Shown: piece by piece, positions 1 through 17,399 of the stretch | Layout: each line of letters starts with the position of its first letter | How positions within the stretch are numbered: position 1 is the stretch's first letter | Assembly (NCBI GenBank): GCA_964016885.1 | Contig: OZ024747.1 | Span: 92,318,001-92,382,000 of the forward strand | DNA: 64,000 nt | Source: Eledone cirrhosa | Taxonomy: Eukaryota | Direction of reading: 5' to 3' | Program-made: the position numbers and the translations under genes | The notes under the pieces: generated by a model | Seen by the model: the letters and a program-made list of their open reading frames with translations, nothing else | The model's database searches: none | What the model was told of the DNA's origin: nothing

Positions 1-570
1 AACAAGCACCAGCAAGTTGATATACAATCCCGTCGAGCCTAGACAGTGACCCAGTTTTATTTTTTGGCAACAATCATATAGCTTTAATTACATTGCCAAC
101 ATCACTGGAAAATATCTAAGAAATCAATATATGATGTGTATTACATTGTTTCACTTTCTCCAAATTTAAGCGGTGAGAAGATAGACCAGGGATCAGTCTT
201 TAAATTAAATAAGAGGCTGAATGTTTATTTATATTTCTCAACACAAATCTAGTCTAAGCTGAAAAAAGAAAATATCATAACGTCGATTCAATTTGCGCGA
301 ATATTCTGCCACAAAATGTAATCAAACATTATGTTTATTTATGTTTTTCTCCCATCCGGACCCTCTCTGGGGTCTCGGGATACATACTTTTGTGCTTCCG
401 TCTCACGCCTCACAGGACAGGTCGTAGGCTCATCGCCAGATTTTGCAGTATTGGGTGGTGACTACAATATAGTTTTCGAACAGGTCTCTTTACCAAAGGT
501 CCTGAATATGTCCCTTGTTATCCCACGCGAAGGACGATGTGATATGACGATCCTACCAGGAATATGTGGG

Positions 571-654
571 CGAAGAAGAAGAAGAAGAAGAAGAAGAAGA
601 AGAAGAAGAAGAAGAAGAAGAAGAAGAAGAAGAAGAAGAAGAAGAAGAAGAAGA
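571..654 (+). repeat. (GAA)n tract, probably the tail of a very short RTE 3' stub
   Basis: Perfect GAA run preceded by caggaatatgtgggc, resembling caggaataagtggac before the (GAA)n tail of the RTE copy at 63073-63193. Confidence 0.75.
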
Positions 655-821
655 CTTAGTATATAGTATATTATGGACTATGCAGTATGGACTATATAGC
701 ATGGACTATAGTTTATTACGTATCACTAAGAAATATTGCAGAACTTTTGTTATCTACTTTGGACACATTAGAAGAAATGGCATTCTAGTAATTAGTATTA
801 AATCAATAATATTATTAAGCT

Positions 822-1632
822 AAACGGTGAATTGGCAGTATCGGTAGAGGGTCGCACTCCATGCTTTGACGCATAGAGTTACGGCCCTTGCTATTCTGAG
901 TTCAAATCCCGCCGAGATTAACTTTGCCTTTCATCCTTACGGGGAATTGCTGGCCTTGTGCCAAAAGTAGAAACAATTATTAAGCTAAATCAATATCATT
1001 ATTATAAAGTACCAGTAATGCACTGGGATAATTGCTGGCATGGTGCCTAAAGTAGAAACCATTATTATGCTAATTGTAGGTTGTCAGTATTGGGAGAGCG
1101 TTCGACAACATGCTTTGCAGCATAGAGTTACGTCTCTTTACGTTCTGAATTCAAATCCCGCCGAGGTTAGCTTTGCCTTTCATCCTTACGGGGTCAATAA
1201 AATAAAGTACCACTGGAGTTGATTTAATCGACTTTCCTTTCCCCTTGAATTGTTGACCTTGTGCCTAAAATTGTGAATTGGCAATATTGGGAGGGCGTCG
1301 GACAACATGCTTTGAAGCAGAGTGTTACAGCCCTTTACTCTCTGAGTTCAAATCCCACCGAGGTTATAATAAAGTACCAGTAATGCACTGAGGTCGATTT
1401 AATCGATTTTCCCTTTTCTTCAAAATGTTTGGCCTTGTGCCTAAATCAGAAACCATTATTATACTAGTATCGAAAGAGGGTCGCACTCCATGCTTTGATG
1501 CATTGAGTTACGGCCCTTGGCATTCTGAGTTCAAATCCCGCCGAGGTTAACTTTGCCTTTCATTCTTACGGGGTCGATAAAATAAAGTACCAGTAATTCA
1601 CTGTAACTGTGTCAAAAGTAGAAACAATTATT
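822..1632 (+). mobile_element. Head-to-tail cluster of ~5 tRNA-derived SINE copies/fragments (octopod-type SINE)
   Basis: Repeated A-box-like tggcagtatcggtag, B-box gagttcaaatccc, body gcctttcatccttacggggtcgataaaataaagtaccag and tail tagaaacaattatt. Confidence 0.9.
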
Positions 1633-2599
1633 ATACTAAAAATATATTGTTATAAGAATAAAACCCCCATTCAAAAAGATTGTGAGGAATTGTTGAGAAT
1701 GAACAAATTGATATATCTAGTAGATTAAGAAGCTGTTCAGAAACAAATTGAGCGGGTATGGTATTGGGTAATATAATGTACAACTGTAATGAATGGGACT
1801 TTGTTTGATACATCATGTCTACATCAAGATGTATTGTGTGTGGGCAATGATAATTTATGAAATATTAATGACTTGTAATGTGTTTAAGATAATTCAATAA
1901 TATATAACTAACTATGAAATGTGTACTATCATGCCTGAAGTATAATTTGAAATATTATAAGATATCTTATTAAGAATATTCAGGAATGACATGTCAGCGT
2001 TATTTGGAAATTATATTTAACAAATATATATAACGCGATTAGCTAAAAGATTTTCTACTTTATAAAAAATTGTATAACATCGTAGTCTGAGATAAGTAAG
2101 AAATATACCATAACATATAGTATAAAAGAATATATCAGAGAAAGAAATAATAAAATGATGTAAACGATGCAATGTCGATTACAGATTACAATTACATCCA
2201 ACGTAATATTTGTTCGAAATTCTATTATAACAACAATTTTATTCAGTTATATAAATAACATTAAAAATTGTTCACAATTCTTTCAGACTGAAAATATAAA
2301 CACATATAATAAATACAATTAACTATGAGCCTTACAAATACAACGCTCCAAAATATATGATCAAACCGAGAGAAAAGGAAAAAAAGAAGGGAAACAATAA
2401 CAATAACAAAAACGACCATCAATTCACCACTAAATGTGACCATGGGCCGCACATCACAAGGATTAACGTAAATTGTTAAGATATTGTATGAAAGAACTTT
2501 ACTATCCATACACCCCATCAATACACCCGAGCGTGCATCAAAACCTGTCAAATTCTCTCCCCCCCCAAAAAAAAACATTCGAATTCATATAATTACATA

Positions 2600-5220
<2,621 letters not shown>

Positions 5221-5897
5221 CTCTTACTCTCTCTCTCCCTCTCTGGCTGCTTGTCATTACTTTATATAGGTCGCAACGCTTATTAAAGTTTATATTGCTT
5301 AATAGCAGATTAAGATTGAAGTTTAAGTGTTGCTACCTGAGTATATTTTGAACTACTGTTTCCAGGTAATCACATGTACAGTTTACAACTGTTACTAATC
5401 AAAATAAAGTGAAAATGTCTGGAATCCTGTCACTGTGTATAGTAAAGGTTGCTGATTTATCAAATTCAATTATAATGTATTGACATTATTCCAGTAACTT
5501 CCCTCCGATATGCAGCAGGCGTTCGTTGATTGAAGATCAGTTGAATAAAAATTGAGTTCCACTAAAATTTGGAGTGGACGATCTAATGGCTTTACCTTAT
5601 CACAGCTAATATTCATATATCTACGAAAGCTCTTAATTGATTTCTTTCTTCTTCAACGGGTGGAATACTGTAATATAATTCTATTCTATAGCTACAAGCT
5701 TTGACATGCAACCAAAACAGTTGCACAAGTTTTCATTAATTCTATCGACTCACATTCATTACATTTTAAATATTTAGCACCTCGACAACATTCCTGCCAT
5801 CGCTAGAGATATATTTTATCAAATGCCTAATCTATTTCCTCTTGCGTATTTATGTTTTTACCGTAGGAATTTGGTTTTGTTATTAGTTCCTCTGTTA

Positions 5898-6080
5898 AGG
5901 CGGTGAATTGACAGTATCAGGAGACCGTCGGAAAACATGCTTTGTGGCATAGAGTTAGGTCCCTTTACATTCTGAGGTTTGTCTTTCATCCTTACGGGGG
6001 TCGATAAAATAAAGTGCCAGTAATGCACTGGGATCGATTTAAAAATTGCTGGCTTTGTGCCTATAGTAGAAATTGTTATC
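5898..6080 (+). mobile_element. SINE copy with target-site duplication
   Basis: SINE motifs; agttcctctgtt on both flanks. Confidence 0.85.
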
Positions 6081-6795
6081 AGTTCCTCTGTTGAAAGATA
6101 CGAAATTATACGTTATTATTTGTTGTCTTCGAACGTAAGTTAACATGAAATTTACCTTTCAATTGATTTAGGTGATTGCTCAAATTTGAGAGAGACACAA
6201 TGCTCTCGAAGATTCTGATAATGATTTAGTCCTGTCTCAGGAAATATATTATTAAACTTATCCTATATCTGTTCATCTTGTACAATGTCTTAAGGGGGTG
6301 TATGGTTAAATATAGCTCTTTCTAGTACAAAGCTATGTTTTCAAGCATGTCACCTTTATAACACTGATAACCCAGTATAAATCAAGTAGATATTAATTCT
6401 CCCCATCATAAAATATTTACCATTTTATAATGTATTGTCGTCGTTTGCAGCCGATGTATGTGCATATAACATGATTTTACTAATGGCTTTATTTATTTAC
6501 ACACTTGTCAGTAGACAGCCATCCTCCCACCTCTTCCAACCTTCATTCAGCAGCTGGAGGAAGTGAAAACTGTACTAGGACAGATCAATCACTTTATCCA
6601 CTTTAAAAGGATGGAAGGCAAAGATGACCTCAGTGGGATTTCAACGGATAAAACTCTTTTTCGCTTAATTGTGCACATTATTATTTTTTTATTTTTTTTT
6701 TGACAAAAAATGTTCTCAGCCTTTTTTATTTATGTCCAAGTGCTTAAGTCTGTATGGTGATAAACAGGGAAATGTCATGCCGATGGCATCTATTG

Positions 6796-6952
6796 TAGAC
6801 CTGCCACGAAAAAGTGCCCCAAAACTGAGAGAAATTAGGCAAAATGGGGAGATTTTACATAATGAAAGCTATACCCACAAGAGAAGACATCTCTCACCCA
6901 TCCCAAATTAGATGGGAGATCTCCCCGTTGGACGGGGAGGGTTGACAGGTCT
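6796..6952. mobile_element. Short dispersed TIR element (hAT-like MITE); second copy at ~42049-42235
   Basis: Ends agacctgcca / tgacaggtct; internal aaaagtgccccaaaac...ttacataatgaaagctata...cacaagagaagacat shared with 42093-42180. Confidence 0.6.
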
Positions 6953-7655
6953 GCTATTGTGGTGGAAATATTTCTAACACTGTCCTTTCATTGAGAGGCC
7001 ACTTTTAATTTCTTGAAATTATCTCCCGCTCTCTTCCAGAATCACTAATACTTATCGCTAGTTTATTTTTAGAAGAGGGATTTCACCTTCAAAGAGGATT
7101 TTAATAAAACAAGAAATTATAGAATACGGCATTCACTATACAACAGTCGGCCATATACGTATGCATGGGAAGCGAAGATAGGGGTAAAATTCAGCAATTA
7201 TTCCGTATTTAAGTTCGCTGGAAAATAGAAACTACATATTCTGAAAATCATCTTGCAGTTTTCAAACAACATTCATTGTATTTCATAGATAATTGTACAG
7301 AAAAAAATAAAGTTCAGATCGAGATGGTAGCGTGCAAGTAGAGTTATTGATAACTTATTCATAAATTACATATGACTGACCATCAACGTAATATAAACGT
7401 TGATGCTTAAAACGTTCCGTTAATTTATATAAATCCCTAATTTATTAATCAAAATATCATATAATATTACTTCAAGAATCTGGTAACTTTCTCATGATGA
7501 AAATTATATAGTTTTGATAGTCTTTACGGTAAATAATTGCGATATATGTTAAATTAATTTAGAGTTTAGTATTTACATAATTGTGTTATCCAGAATAGAT
7601 ATTTGATTTGATCTAGTATTTTACTATTTCACAGAAAACCACGCCTACAGATTCA

Positions 7656-10636
7656 TACATATGACAATCATAGCACCATATAGACAACACACACACCATA
7701 TACATATGACAATCATAGCACCATATACGTATAGACAACACACACACACACCACATACGTATAGACAACACACACACCATATACATATGACAATCATAGC
7801 ACCATATACGTATAGACAACACACACCACCACCACATACTTATAGGCAACACACACATCACATACTTATAGGTAACACACACACCACATACTAATAGGCA
7901 ACACACGCACCACACCACATACTTATAGGCAGCACACACACCCCATACTTATAGGCAACACACACACCCCATACTTATAGGCAACACACGCACCACATAC
8001 TTATAGGCAACACACGCACCACATACTTATAGGCAGCACACACACCACATACTTATAGGCAACACACGCACCACATACTTATAGACAACACACACACCAC
8101 ATACTTATAGGCAGCACACACACCACATACTTATAGGCAACACACGCACCACATACTTATAGGCAGCACACACACCACATACTTATAGGCAGCACACACA
8201 CCACATACTTATAGGCAACACACGCACCAGATACTTATAGACAACACACACACCACATACTTATAGGCAGCACACACACCACATACTTATAGGCAACACA
8301 CACACCACATACTTATAGGCAACACACACACCACATACTTATAGGCAGCACACACACCACATACTTATAGGCAACACACGCACCACATACTTATAGGCAG
8401 CACACACACCACATACTTATAGGCAACACATACACCACATACTTATAGGCAACACACACACCACATACTTATAGGCAGCACACACACCACATACTTATAG
8501 GCAACACACGCACCACATACTTATAGGCAGCACACACACCACATACTTATAGGCAACACACGCACCACACCACATACTTATAGGCAGCACACACACCACA
8601 TACTTATAGGCAGCACACACACCACATACTTATAGACAACACACACACCACATACTTATAGGCAGCACACACACCACATACTTATAGGCAACACACGCAC
8701 CACATACTTATAGGCAGCACACACACCACATACTTATAGGCAGCACACACACCACATACTTATAGGCAACACACGCACCACATACTTATAGACAACACAC
8801 ACACCACATACTTATAGGCAGCACACACACCACATACTTATAGGCAACACACGCACCACATACTTATAGGCAACACACGCACCACATACTTATAGACAAC
8901 ACACACACCACATACTTATAGGCAGCACACACACCACATACTTATAGGCAACCCACACACCACATACTTATAGGCAACACACACACCACATACTTATAGG
9001 CAACACACAGACCACATACTTATAGGCAACACACACACCACATACTTATAGGCAACACACACACCACATACTTATAGGCAGCACACACACCACATACTTA
9101 TAGGCAACACACGCACCACATACTTATAGGCAGCACACACACCACATACTTATAGGCAGCACACACACCACACCACATACTTATAGGCAGCACACACACT
9201 ACATACCTATAGGCAACACACGCACCACATACTTATAGGCAACACACGCACCACATACTTATAGGCAGCACACACACCACATACTTATAGGCAGCACACA
9301 CACCACATACTTATAGGCAACACACGCACCACACCACATACTTATAGGCAGCACACACACCACATACTTATAGGCAACACACGCACCACACCACATACTT
9401 ATAGGCAGCACACACACCACATACCTATAGGCAACACACGCACCACATACTTATAGGCAACACACGCACCACACACTTATAGGCAACACACAAACAACCT
9501 ACTTATAGGAATTACACTCTCCACATACATATAGGCAACACACGCACCACACCACATACTTATAGGCAACACACACCACATACTTATAGGCAACACACAC
9601 CACATACTTATAGACAACACACACCACATACTTATAGGCAGCACACACACCACATACTTATAGGCAACACACACACCACATACTTATAGGCAACACACGC
9701 ACCACATACATATAGGCAGCACACACACCAGATACTTATAGGCAGCACACACACACCATATACTTATAGGAATTACACTCTCCACATACTTATAGGCAAC
9801 ACACGCACCACATACTTATAGGCAGCACACACACTACATACTTATAGGCAAGACACGCACCACATACGTATAGGCAGCACACAGACCACATACTTATTGG
9901 AATTACACTCTCCACATACTTATAGGCAACACACACACCACATACTTATAGGCAGCACACGCACCACACCACATACTTATAGGCAACACACACACCACAT
10001 ACTTATAGGCAACACACGCACCACACCACATATTTATAGGCAGCACACACACCACATACTTATAGGCAGCACACACACCTCATACTTATAGGCAACACAC
10101 GCACCACACCACATACTTATAGGCAGCACACACACCACATACTTATAGGCAGCACACACACCACATACTTATAGGCAACACACGCACCACACCACATACT
10201 TATAGGCAACACACACACCACATACTTATAGGCAGCACACACACCACATACTTATAGGCAACACACGCACCACACCACATACTTATAGGCAACACACACA
10301 CCACATACTTATAGGCAGCACACACACCACATACTTATAGGAATTACACTCTCCACATACATATAGGCAGCACACACACCACACCACATACTTATAGGCA
10401 GCACACACACCACATACTTATAGGAATTACACTCTCCACATACTTATAGGCAACATACACACCACATACTTATAGGCAACACACGCACCACACCACATAC
10501 TTATAGGCAGCACACACACCACATACTTATAGGCAGCACACACACCACATACTTATAGGAATTACACTCTCCACATACTTATAGGCAGCACACACACCAC
10601 ATACTTATAGGCAGCACACACACCACATACTTATAA
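7656..10636. repeat. ~3 kb minisatellite, 26-bp core caccacatacttataggc(a/g)(a/g)cacac(a/g)
   Basis: Roughly 110 tandem units, with 31-bp variants and a recurrent ggaattacactctc variant; left edge degenerate. Confidence 0.97.
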
Positions 10637-11269
10637 GAACCAATCGCGCAAACATATGAGAATTATATATGAGACACTTTTGATAGAAAAGGCATTTTAA
10701 ACTTTCCTAGCCGTCTGAAGAGGTCATATAATAATTAACCGCAAATACTTTAATTTAGTTGACCTGTCTATTGCCCAAAGTACAATAGACAGGTCTGAAT
10801 GTGGGTTACTAATTACGAGATATGTGATATTTCCATTGGAATATTCCATGAAATAGAACATTGATATTGTAAGATACCTTTATATATTCGTCTGCATCAC
10901 GAACATATTTATCTGCTTATAAGTTAGCTGATGTTCATTACTTCAGCCTTAAAACCAACCAATTAGTAAATTTTCGCGTTGTGTATTCAAAGCTGTCAAA
11001 CACGAGCTGACTAAATAAATTGATGTAGGTTTCACTTAATGAGAATTCATTAACTGCGATTTCGCTCAAACAGATGAGTGTAATTGTATTTCACGTGACT
11101 ATATTCATTATCATTTGATTATTCCTCCAGGAATAAGATTTAAATCTGTCATTAGAAATATATCTGTACAATCATGTGTTCAGATGTTACTTACGAATTT
11201 TCTAGGATTTTCAAGAAGGGTTGCGTCGTGTGCTTCATGCCCTGCTCTTTTCCTTTCCTAGACGCTCAT

Positions 11270-11620
11270 TCCGCTTATTGCAGACTGTGCATCAGCATGA
11301 AATTTTCTTCTCCGCCACAAAGTTTGATTATCAACAGCAGAGTTTAAAGAGCAATTGTTAAGTCCAGTCCATAAGTTGACATTATTAAGCCAGTGTTTTG
11401 TCTGTAGACCCTTGCTTCTCTTACTGGTTAACTTCCCTTCTCACCATAACTTACTCACACCACAAGTTGAGCTTTTGATATGACCATACAGTTTAAGTAC
11501 TGTTGACCTAATAACTGATGTGGTTGGTTAAGTAGCTCATTGATAAAAATATGGTCGCTGAGTCGTTTGTTAGTCATAAGTCTCATGATGTGGTTCTGGA
11601 ATGTAGAGAGCTTCTGAAGT
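11270..11620 (-). mobile_element. Decayed RTE-clade LINE 3' fragment
   Basis: Minus strand reads LKLYGHIK...W-NNVNLWTGL; similar to 19890-20078. Confidence 0.6.
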
Positions 11621-12099
11621 GACTTTGTCGTCCTTCTCTTTTACTTTATATCAAATGTGATTTTTTAGTCACAATACAAAAATTTATTTTTAATAGAATA
11701 CATGTTAGTTACTTGTCTTTCAGCTACTGGCACCATTAATACTAAATTTATATGTATATGGTCCTCCTCAATGCAGTCACCTACGTACAAATGCTAAAAT
11801 TAATAATATATAATAGATAAATAATATATTAAACAATAAGCCATCAACATTAGATATTTTTAATGAAATTGTTTCTTAAACATCGGACGAGGAGAGTTGA
11901 TAAGTCTGATTATCGTAGATCCTTTTATCTTAGATACATCTAACCCTGTACTTCCCTAGATAAGCTTGGCTTTGAGTTGTTATAAATCATTACTATAACA
12001 TGAAAGAGGTAGAGCTAAGGAAGAATTTGACCTCTGGGTCTTTTGTGGTCTTTTGTCTTCTAAATACATGAAACGCTGCCTATTTAAAGAGACTATGGT

Positions 12100-12190
12100 A
12101 AATAGCACTTGCCTAAGATGTCACTCTGTGAGATCGAACCCAAGATCTTATGATTGTGAAGCGAACTACTTAACCAGTCGGCCATGCTGT
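12100..12190 (-). mobile_element. tRNA-derived SINE head (second family)
   Basis: Minus strand tggccgactggttaag...gggttcgatctc A/B boxes, without a full cloverleaf. Confidence 0.55.
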
Positions 12191-13114
12191 GTACACAACT
12201 AAAGGAATAACGGGGAGAAAAATAAATGTTAAAAACTTCATAAATTCTGATAAAATAGATTATATGAAAAAGAGATCTGAAACTTTGATACTATTTTAAC
12301 TTCATTGCATTACAGTTAATTACTCATAAATCAATCCTGACCTAGCAGACATATCATTAGAGGAATTCCAGCCGTGGCAACTCCATCTTATTTTCAGACA
12401 TGACACATCATCTGAGGAATTCCAACCATAGCAAACCAATCTTATTTTTAGACATAGTATGATTAGCACGATGTTATCTAATATGTTCTTTTACAATAGT
12501 AGGGCAGTATTTGAACGATGGTACATCTAGCAGGAAAGGTGATCGAAGTGATTGCCAAAGTAGTCGATTGAACTTCCAAGAGGGTCGATTGAACTTTTCG
12601 GTCAAAACCTGTCAAAAAATGATACAATATAATAAATCTTGCTCGTGTAGGTTTCTGATTTATATATAATTAATCTTTATAATCTATTTATCTTTTATAC
12701 ATTTTACTGATGTACTTACTTCTCTATTTTTGTCTATACTTGGGGTCTGTAAGAGGTCAAAGGTTAAATAAAGGGATAGATAGTTTAAAATATTTGATAA
12801 TACACACTATAATTAAGTATGTTGTTCTCTGTTCCCAGTTACAATTACATTTAAAATTAAACTTTAGTACAAAAACAAAGTTATAATTTCTTACAGAGGT
12901 ACAAAGCCAGAAATATTAGGTCGGAGCAGCGGAAAAAAACGTTTATATTGAACACTGTACTTTACTTGCACTTTATTTTGTCGACCCCAGCTTCAGCATT
13001 TGTTCATGAGAAGAAGGGAGGTAGGTAAAAAAGCCAAACATACTATCTTCAATTCGGTGTTTGTGCCTTCCTTCACCTATCGTCATTTTGGGTAATGATC
13101 GAAAGAATACGATC

Positions 13115-13222
13115 ATGAATACATGTGGTAAAATGAGGGTCCTCCGAAGGGTCACTGCAGTCAGGTTACTCGATAGGATGCGTAGCTCGGAGGTAAGGAA
13201 GTCGCTGCATTGGAACCACTGT
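13115..13222 (+). mobile_element. RTE LINE fragment
   Basis: MRVLRRVTAVRLLDRMRSSEVRKSL resembles the RTE C-terminus at 51286-51783. Confidence 0.6.
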
Positions 13223-13425
13223 GTGACTTCCCAAGGCTTGTATTTTGAAGGAGATAACTTGTAATTTCATGTACGTCAAATAATTGTTTCTACTTTAGGC
13301 ACAAGGCCAGCAATTACCCAGTGCATTACTGGTACTTTATTTTATCGACCCGTAAGGATGAAAGGCAAAGTTTACCTTTCATCCTTACGGGGTCGATCAC
13401 ATCTAATAATACGTTCTTGCAAACA

Positions 13426-13487
<62 letters not shown>

Positions 13488-13674
13488 CAAAATATATAAT
13501 AAAAGCTAACATAATATGACTCGGAACTATTTGATTTGAATAATTCTGTGTTACATTGTTTTGGCTGTTATTCCTTTTATGTTTTGAAATAATCTTGCGA
13601 ATTATATAATTTATATCTCTGTTACTTTCTACATAAGTATAAAGAAGTTATTTTATTATATCTGTTTATGGGAA

Positions 13675-14108
13675 GGGAGATGAGTTGGCAGTATCGGTAG
13701 AACATCGGCCAAAATACTTTGCGGCATATAGTTACACCCTTTTACGATCTGAGTTCAAATCCCGCTGAAGTTAGCTTTGCCTTTCATCCTTACGTAATCG
13801 ATAAAATAAAGAACAAGTAACGCACTGTGGTCGATTTAATCGACTTTCCTCTTCCCTTCAAATTGCTTGCTATTATGTGTGTATGAGGGCGGTGGATTGG
13901 CAGTATCGGTAGAGAATCGGACGCCATGCTTTGCAGCATAGAGTTACGGCCCTTTATGATCTGAGTTCAAATACTGCTGAGGTTAACTTTGCCTTTCATC
14001 CTTACGGAGTCGATAAAATAAAGTACCAGTCACGCACTGGGATCGATTTAATCGACTTTCTCCTCCCCCAAAAATTGATGGTCTTATGCCTATATAAGAA
14101 ACCATTAA
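13675..14108 (+). mobile_element. Two tandem SINE copies (long form); minus-strand fragment at 13281-13375
   Basis: SINE motifs including the gtcgatttaatcgac palindrome. Confidence 0.85.
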
Positions 14109-14841
14109 ATATGTGTATGTGTATATTCTTGTGCATGTATCTATGCTTGTATTTATTTACATATAGCCTTACAAATCGAGAACACTGTGCTAGAATGGTA
14201 ATCTTCAATGATATGCCATTAAAAAGACTTGAGTGTGTAGTAGTAGAAAGAAGATGCTTGTGCTGCCACACTGCGTTCTATATAATAAACTACCACACAT
14301 CAGAATACACAATACAGCATTTGACTAGACAAAATTATAATATTACTTGATCGCTGGATCGATGTATCGTACACAATCATTACATGGATCAAGAGAAATA
14401 AGTATTCAGTATATGTATCAGCAATTATTCATTAGAAGTTAATCTTTCTCTCCCTCACATCCTGTGTCTGTCTTGTCGTATGTAACCCTTTAAACTAAAA
14501 TATGAGCAAATAATCCTGATGAAGCGTTATGCTTTACTAGGGGTGATATTGAGCTTGCTAGTTCAAATGAGAATGAAGTGTGGTAACAAAATATTCTAAA
14601 GAGAAACAACAGCGTGTTTGTGTTTTAGAATACTGGGAAAAACATCTTGAGCTATTATAATCTGGCTATCCTTCTTTTGAATGTGGGTTGAGGCGTTCTA
14701 ACCCCCCGGTACGCATAGAATGTCAGCAATTTGTCAAAGTATAAGTATTTTCTTGTTCTGAAACAAAGCCGCATCGTATATATATATATATATATATGTA
14801 TATGTATATGTATAGATATATATGTATATGTATATGTATAT

Positions 14842-14936
<95 letters not shown>

Positions 14937-15049
14937 AGTTGAAAAAAATGAAAACGAAATTTCATTTCTCACTCTTAGTATGGCACTTACTTAAATGTAA
15001 GTATGTATGTATACGTACATACATATATGTATACAGACGTACAGTAGCA

Positions 15050-15106
<57 letters not shown>

Positions 15107-15265
15107 GCATACAGGTACACATACATATATGCACGCATCAGTTTAGCCGACGTTTATTATAACGCCTGCTTTGTTCGTTTGTTTGTCAACAAATCGAACA
15201 GCCTGAATTTATGCCATACGGTGTTAAGGCAACCACGTCACCTTTTTGTTCAACACTGACACAGG

Positions 15266-15310
15266 AACGATGTACTAGTTTCAAGCTTGTTAGCTATCAT
15301 CAGCACCGTT
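15266..15310 (-). ncRNA. Type I minimal hammerhead ribozyme
   Basis: Mirror copy of 15839-15883. Confidence 0.8.
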
Positions 15311-15540
15311 TACCCATCTGCCAGATAGTTGAACGTTCGAAAGTATATACTTTCCTTATGAAAATTAACGGCTGAGCAGCCTAATTTGCATATTGAGTGA
15401 GTTAAATCGGTCAGGCATACCGAAAACGATAAGTTAAAAAAAATGAAAACGAAATTTCATTTCTCACTCTTAGTATGGCACTTACTTAAATGTAAGTATG
15501 TATACGTACATACATATATGTATACAGACGTACAGTAGCA

Positions 15541-15600
<60 letters not shown>

Positions 15601-15838
15601 TATATGCTACTGTACGTCTGTATACATATATGTATGTACGTATACATACATACTTACATTTAAGTAAGTGCCATACTAAGAGTGAGAAATGAAATTTCGT
15701 TTTCATTTTTTTCAACTTATCGTTTTCGGTATGCCTGACCGATTTAACTCACTCAATATGCAAATTAGGCTGCTCAGCCGTTAATTTTCATAAGGAAAGT
15801 ATATACTTTCGAACGTTCAACTATCTGGCAGATGGGTA

Positions 15839-15883
15839 AACGGTGCTGATGATAGCTAACAAGCTTGAAACTAGTACATCGTT
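15839..15883 (+). ncRNA. Type I minimal hammerhead ribozyme
   Basis: aacggtg CTGATGA tagc-taacaa-gctt GAAA ctag TA catcgtt: 7-bp stem I, short stem II, palindromic minimal stem III. Confidence 0.82.
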
Positions 15884-16133
15884 CCTGTGTCAGTGTTGAA
15901 CAAAAAGGTGACGTGGTTGCCTTAACACCGTATGGCATAAATTCAGGCTGTTCGATTTGTTGACAAACAAACGAACAAAGCAGGCGTTATAATAAACGTC
16001 GGCTAAACTGATGCGTGCATATATGTATGTGTACCTGTATGCATATGTGTATATATATGTATATATATATATATATATATGCGTGCTACTGTACGTCTGT
16101 ATACATATATGTATGTACGTATACATACATACT

Positions 16134-16191
<58 letters not shown>

Positions 16192-17399
16192 TACATTTGA
16201 CAATGTTATATATGTGAGATCACAATGTGAGATCACACGGGTGAGAGTGTAAGGTCTACCATTTGAATTTATTTCTTGACACACAGCCTTTTCGTATAGA
16301 TTGTTTTTTTTTGTTTTTTTTTTATAGAAATATAAGGATCTCAAAAGCAGAAATAATTGTAAAACAGCCGGGTACTATAAATAATTATACCATAAAAAAT
16401 TCGGTTAAAAAAAACCTGGAAACGGAGAAGACTGGTGAATGGCTATTTCTCTGTTTCCAATGTATTTTACCAGAATTTCTATGCTATAATTATTTACAAT
16501 AATTTAAAATGTAGTGGGAAAGACTCATTCTCTTTTATATACACATATATACACCAGGTCCGAACACAATGGAACCAAACTGTCACTACCTCCGTTTGTC
16601 CCTCTCTCCCCATCTGTCACTAATGGGAGTAAATGCTGCTGTTTTTACAGTTATTTCACTGTTTGAGCTTCTCACATTTCTATAAAGACATATATCACCC
16701 TCAGCCCGTCACATTGATTATTCGATACATATTGTTTATTTCATATTTTATCTTTGTTTATAACCAAACTATATTTTATTCTGTCTTAATTATATAAATC
16801 GAGATTTTAAAAGTTCAACAAATGAGTAATCTCTTTCTCGGCATGTGGCAGCTACAATTTGACTCTAGAATGTGAATTTCAATTGAGTTCGTTGGTTTGT
16901 TAAATGCATTAAATTGTTCTTAAGTCATGTAATCAAAATATATAACTTCGACAAGTCATAACATCTAACTCACTGAATAATATATGTGAATACTTAAATC
17001 TGTTCTGTCCACTACGTTTTATAGAACAATTCTTTATTCCCACCATTTACAGATAATATTGAATAAACTACTTACAAAAACTAATAACTATTTTATTTAT
17101 TATTTTGTTTTCATTATCCCTCTATTGCTTTGTTGTTTCTAAATGTTCACCAACTTTGTAGAAAACACCTAATCTCTATTCCTCAACCAAGTATACTATG
17201 ATAGAAACACTTCCATTGCCGACTTTTCAGTTATATATTCCAAGAACTCAACAAAACTCACCCAAACTCTTCTTCTGGGTACCAGTGGTCTCATTTCTAT
17301 ACACCATCGGTCATTAATCACACAAACAACAACGTAAACAGTCCTGAAAATATTAGTTCCCCCACCTTTGAACTTGCAGCCCACCACTAGATTTTAACT

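Larger units (their letters stand above)
14934..16138. repeat. 1.15-kb palindrome centred on (TA)n, built from a 495-bp HHR-containing unit
   Basis: 14995-15540 is the reverse complement of 15605-16138; 14934-15053 is repeated directly at 15429-15544. Confidence 0.95.

Noticed and set aside
822-912. tRNA genes at SINE heads
   Set aside because: A/B boxes are present but there is no cloverleaf, and each continues into the SINE body
5270-5371. Possible non-coding exon after a CT tract
   Set aside because: Splice-like signals only; expected by chance in AT-rich DNA
14510-14620. ctgatga as an HHR core
   Set aside because: No stem II closed by GAAA and no stem I partner found
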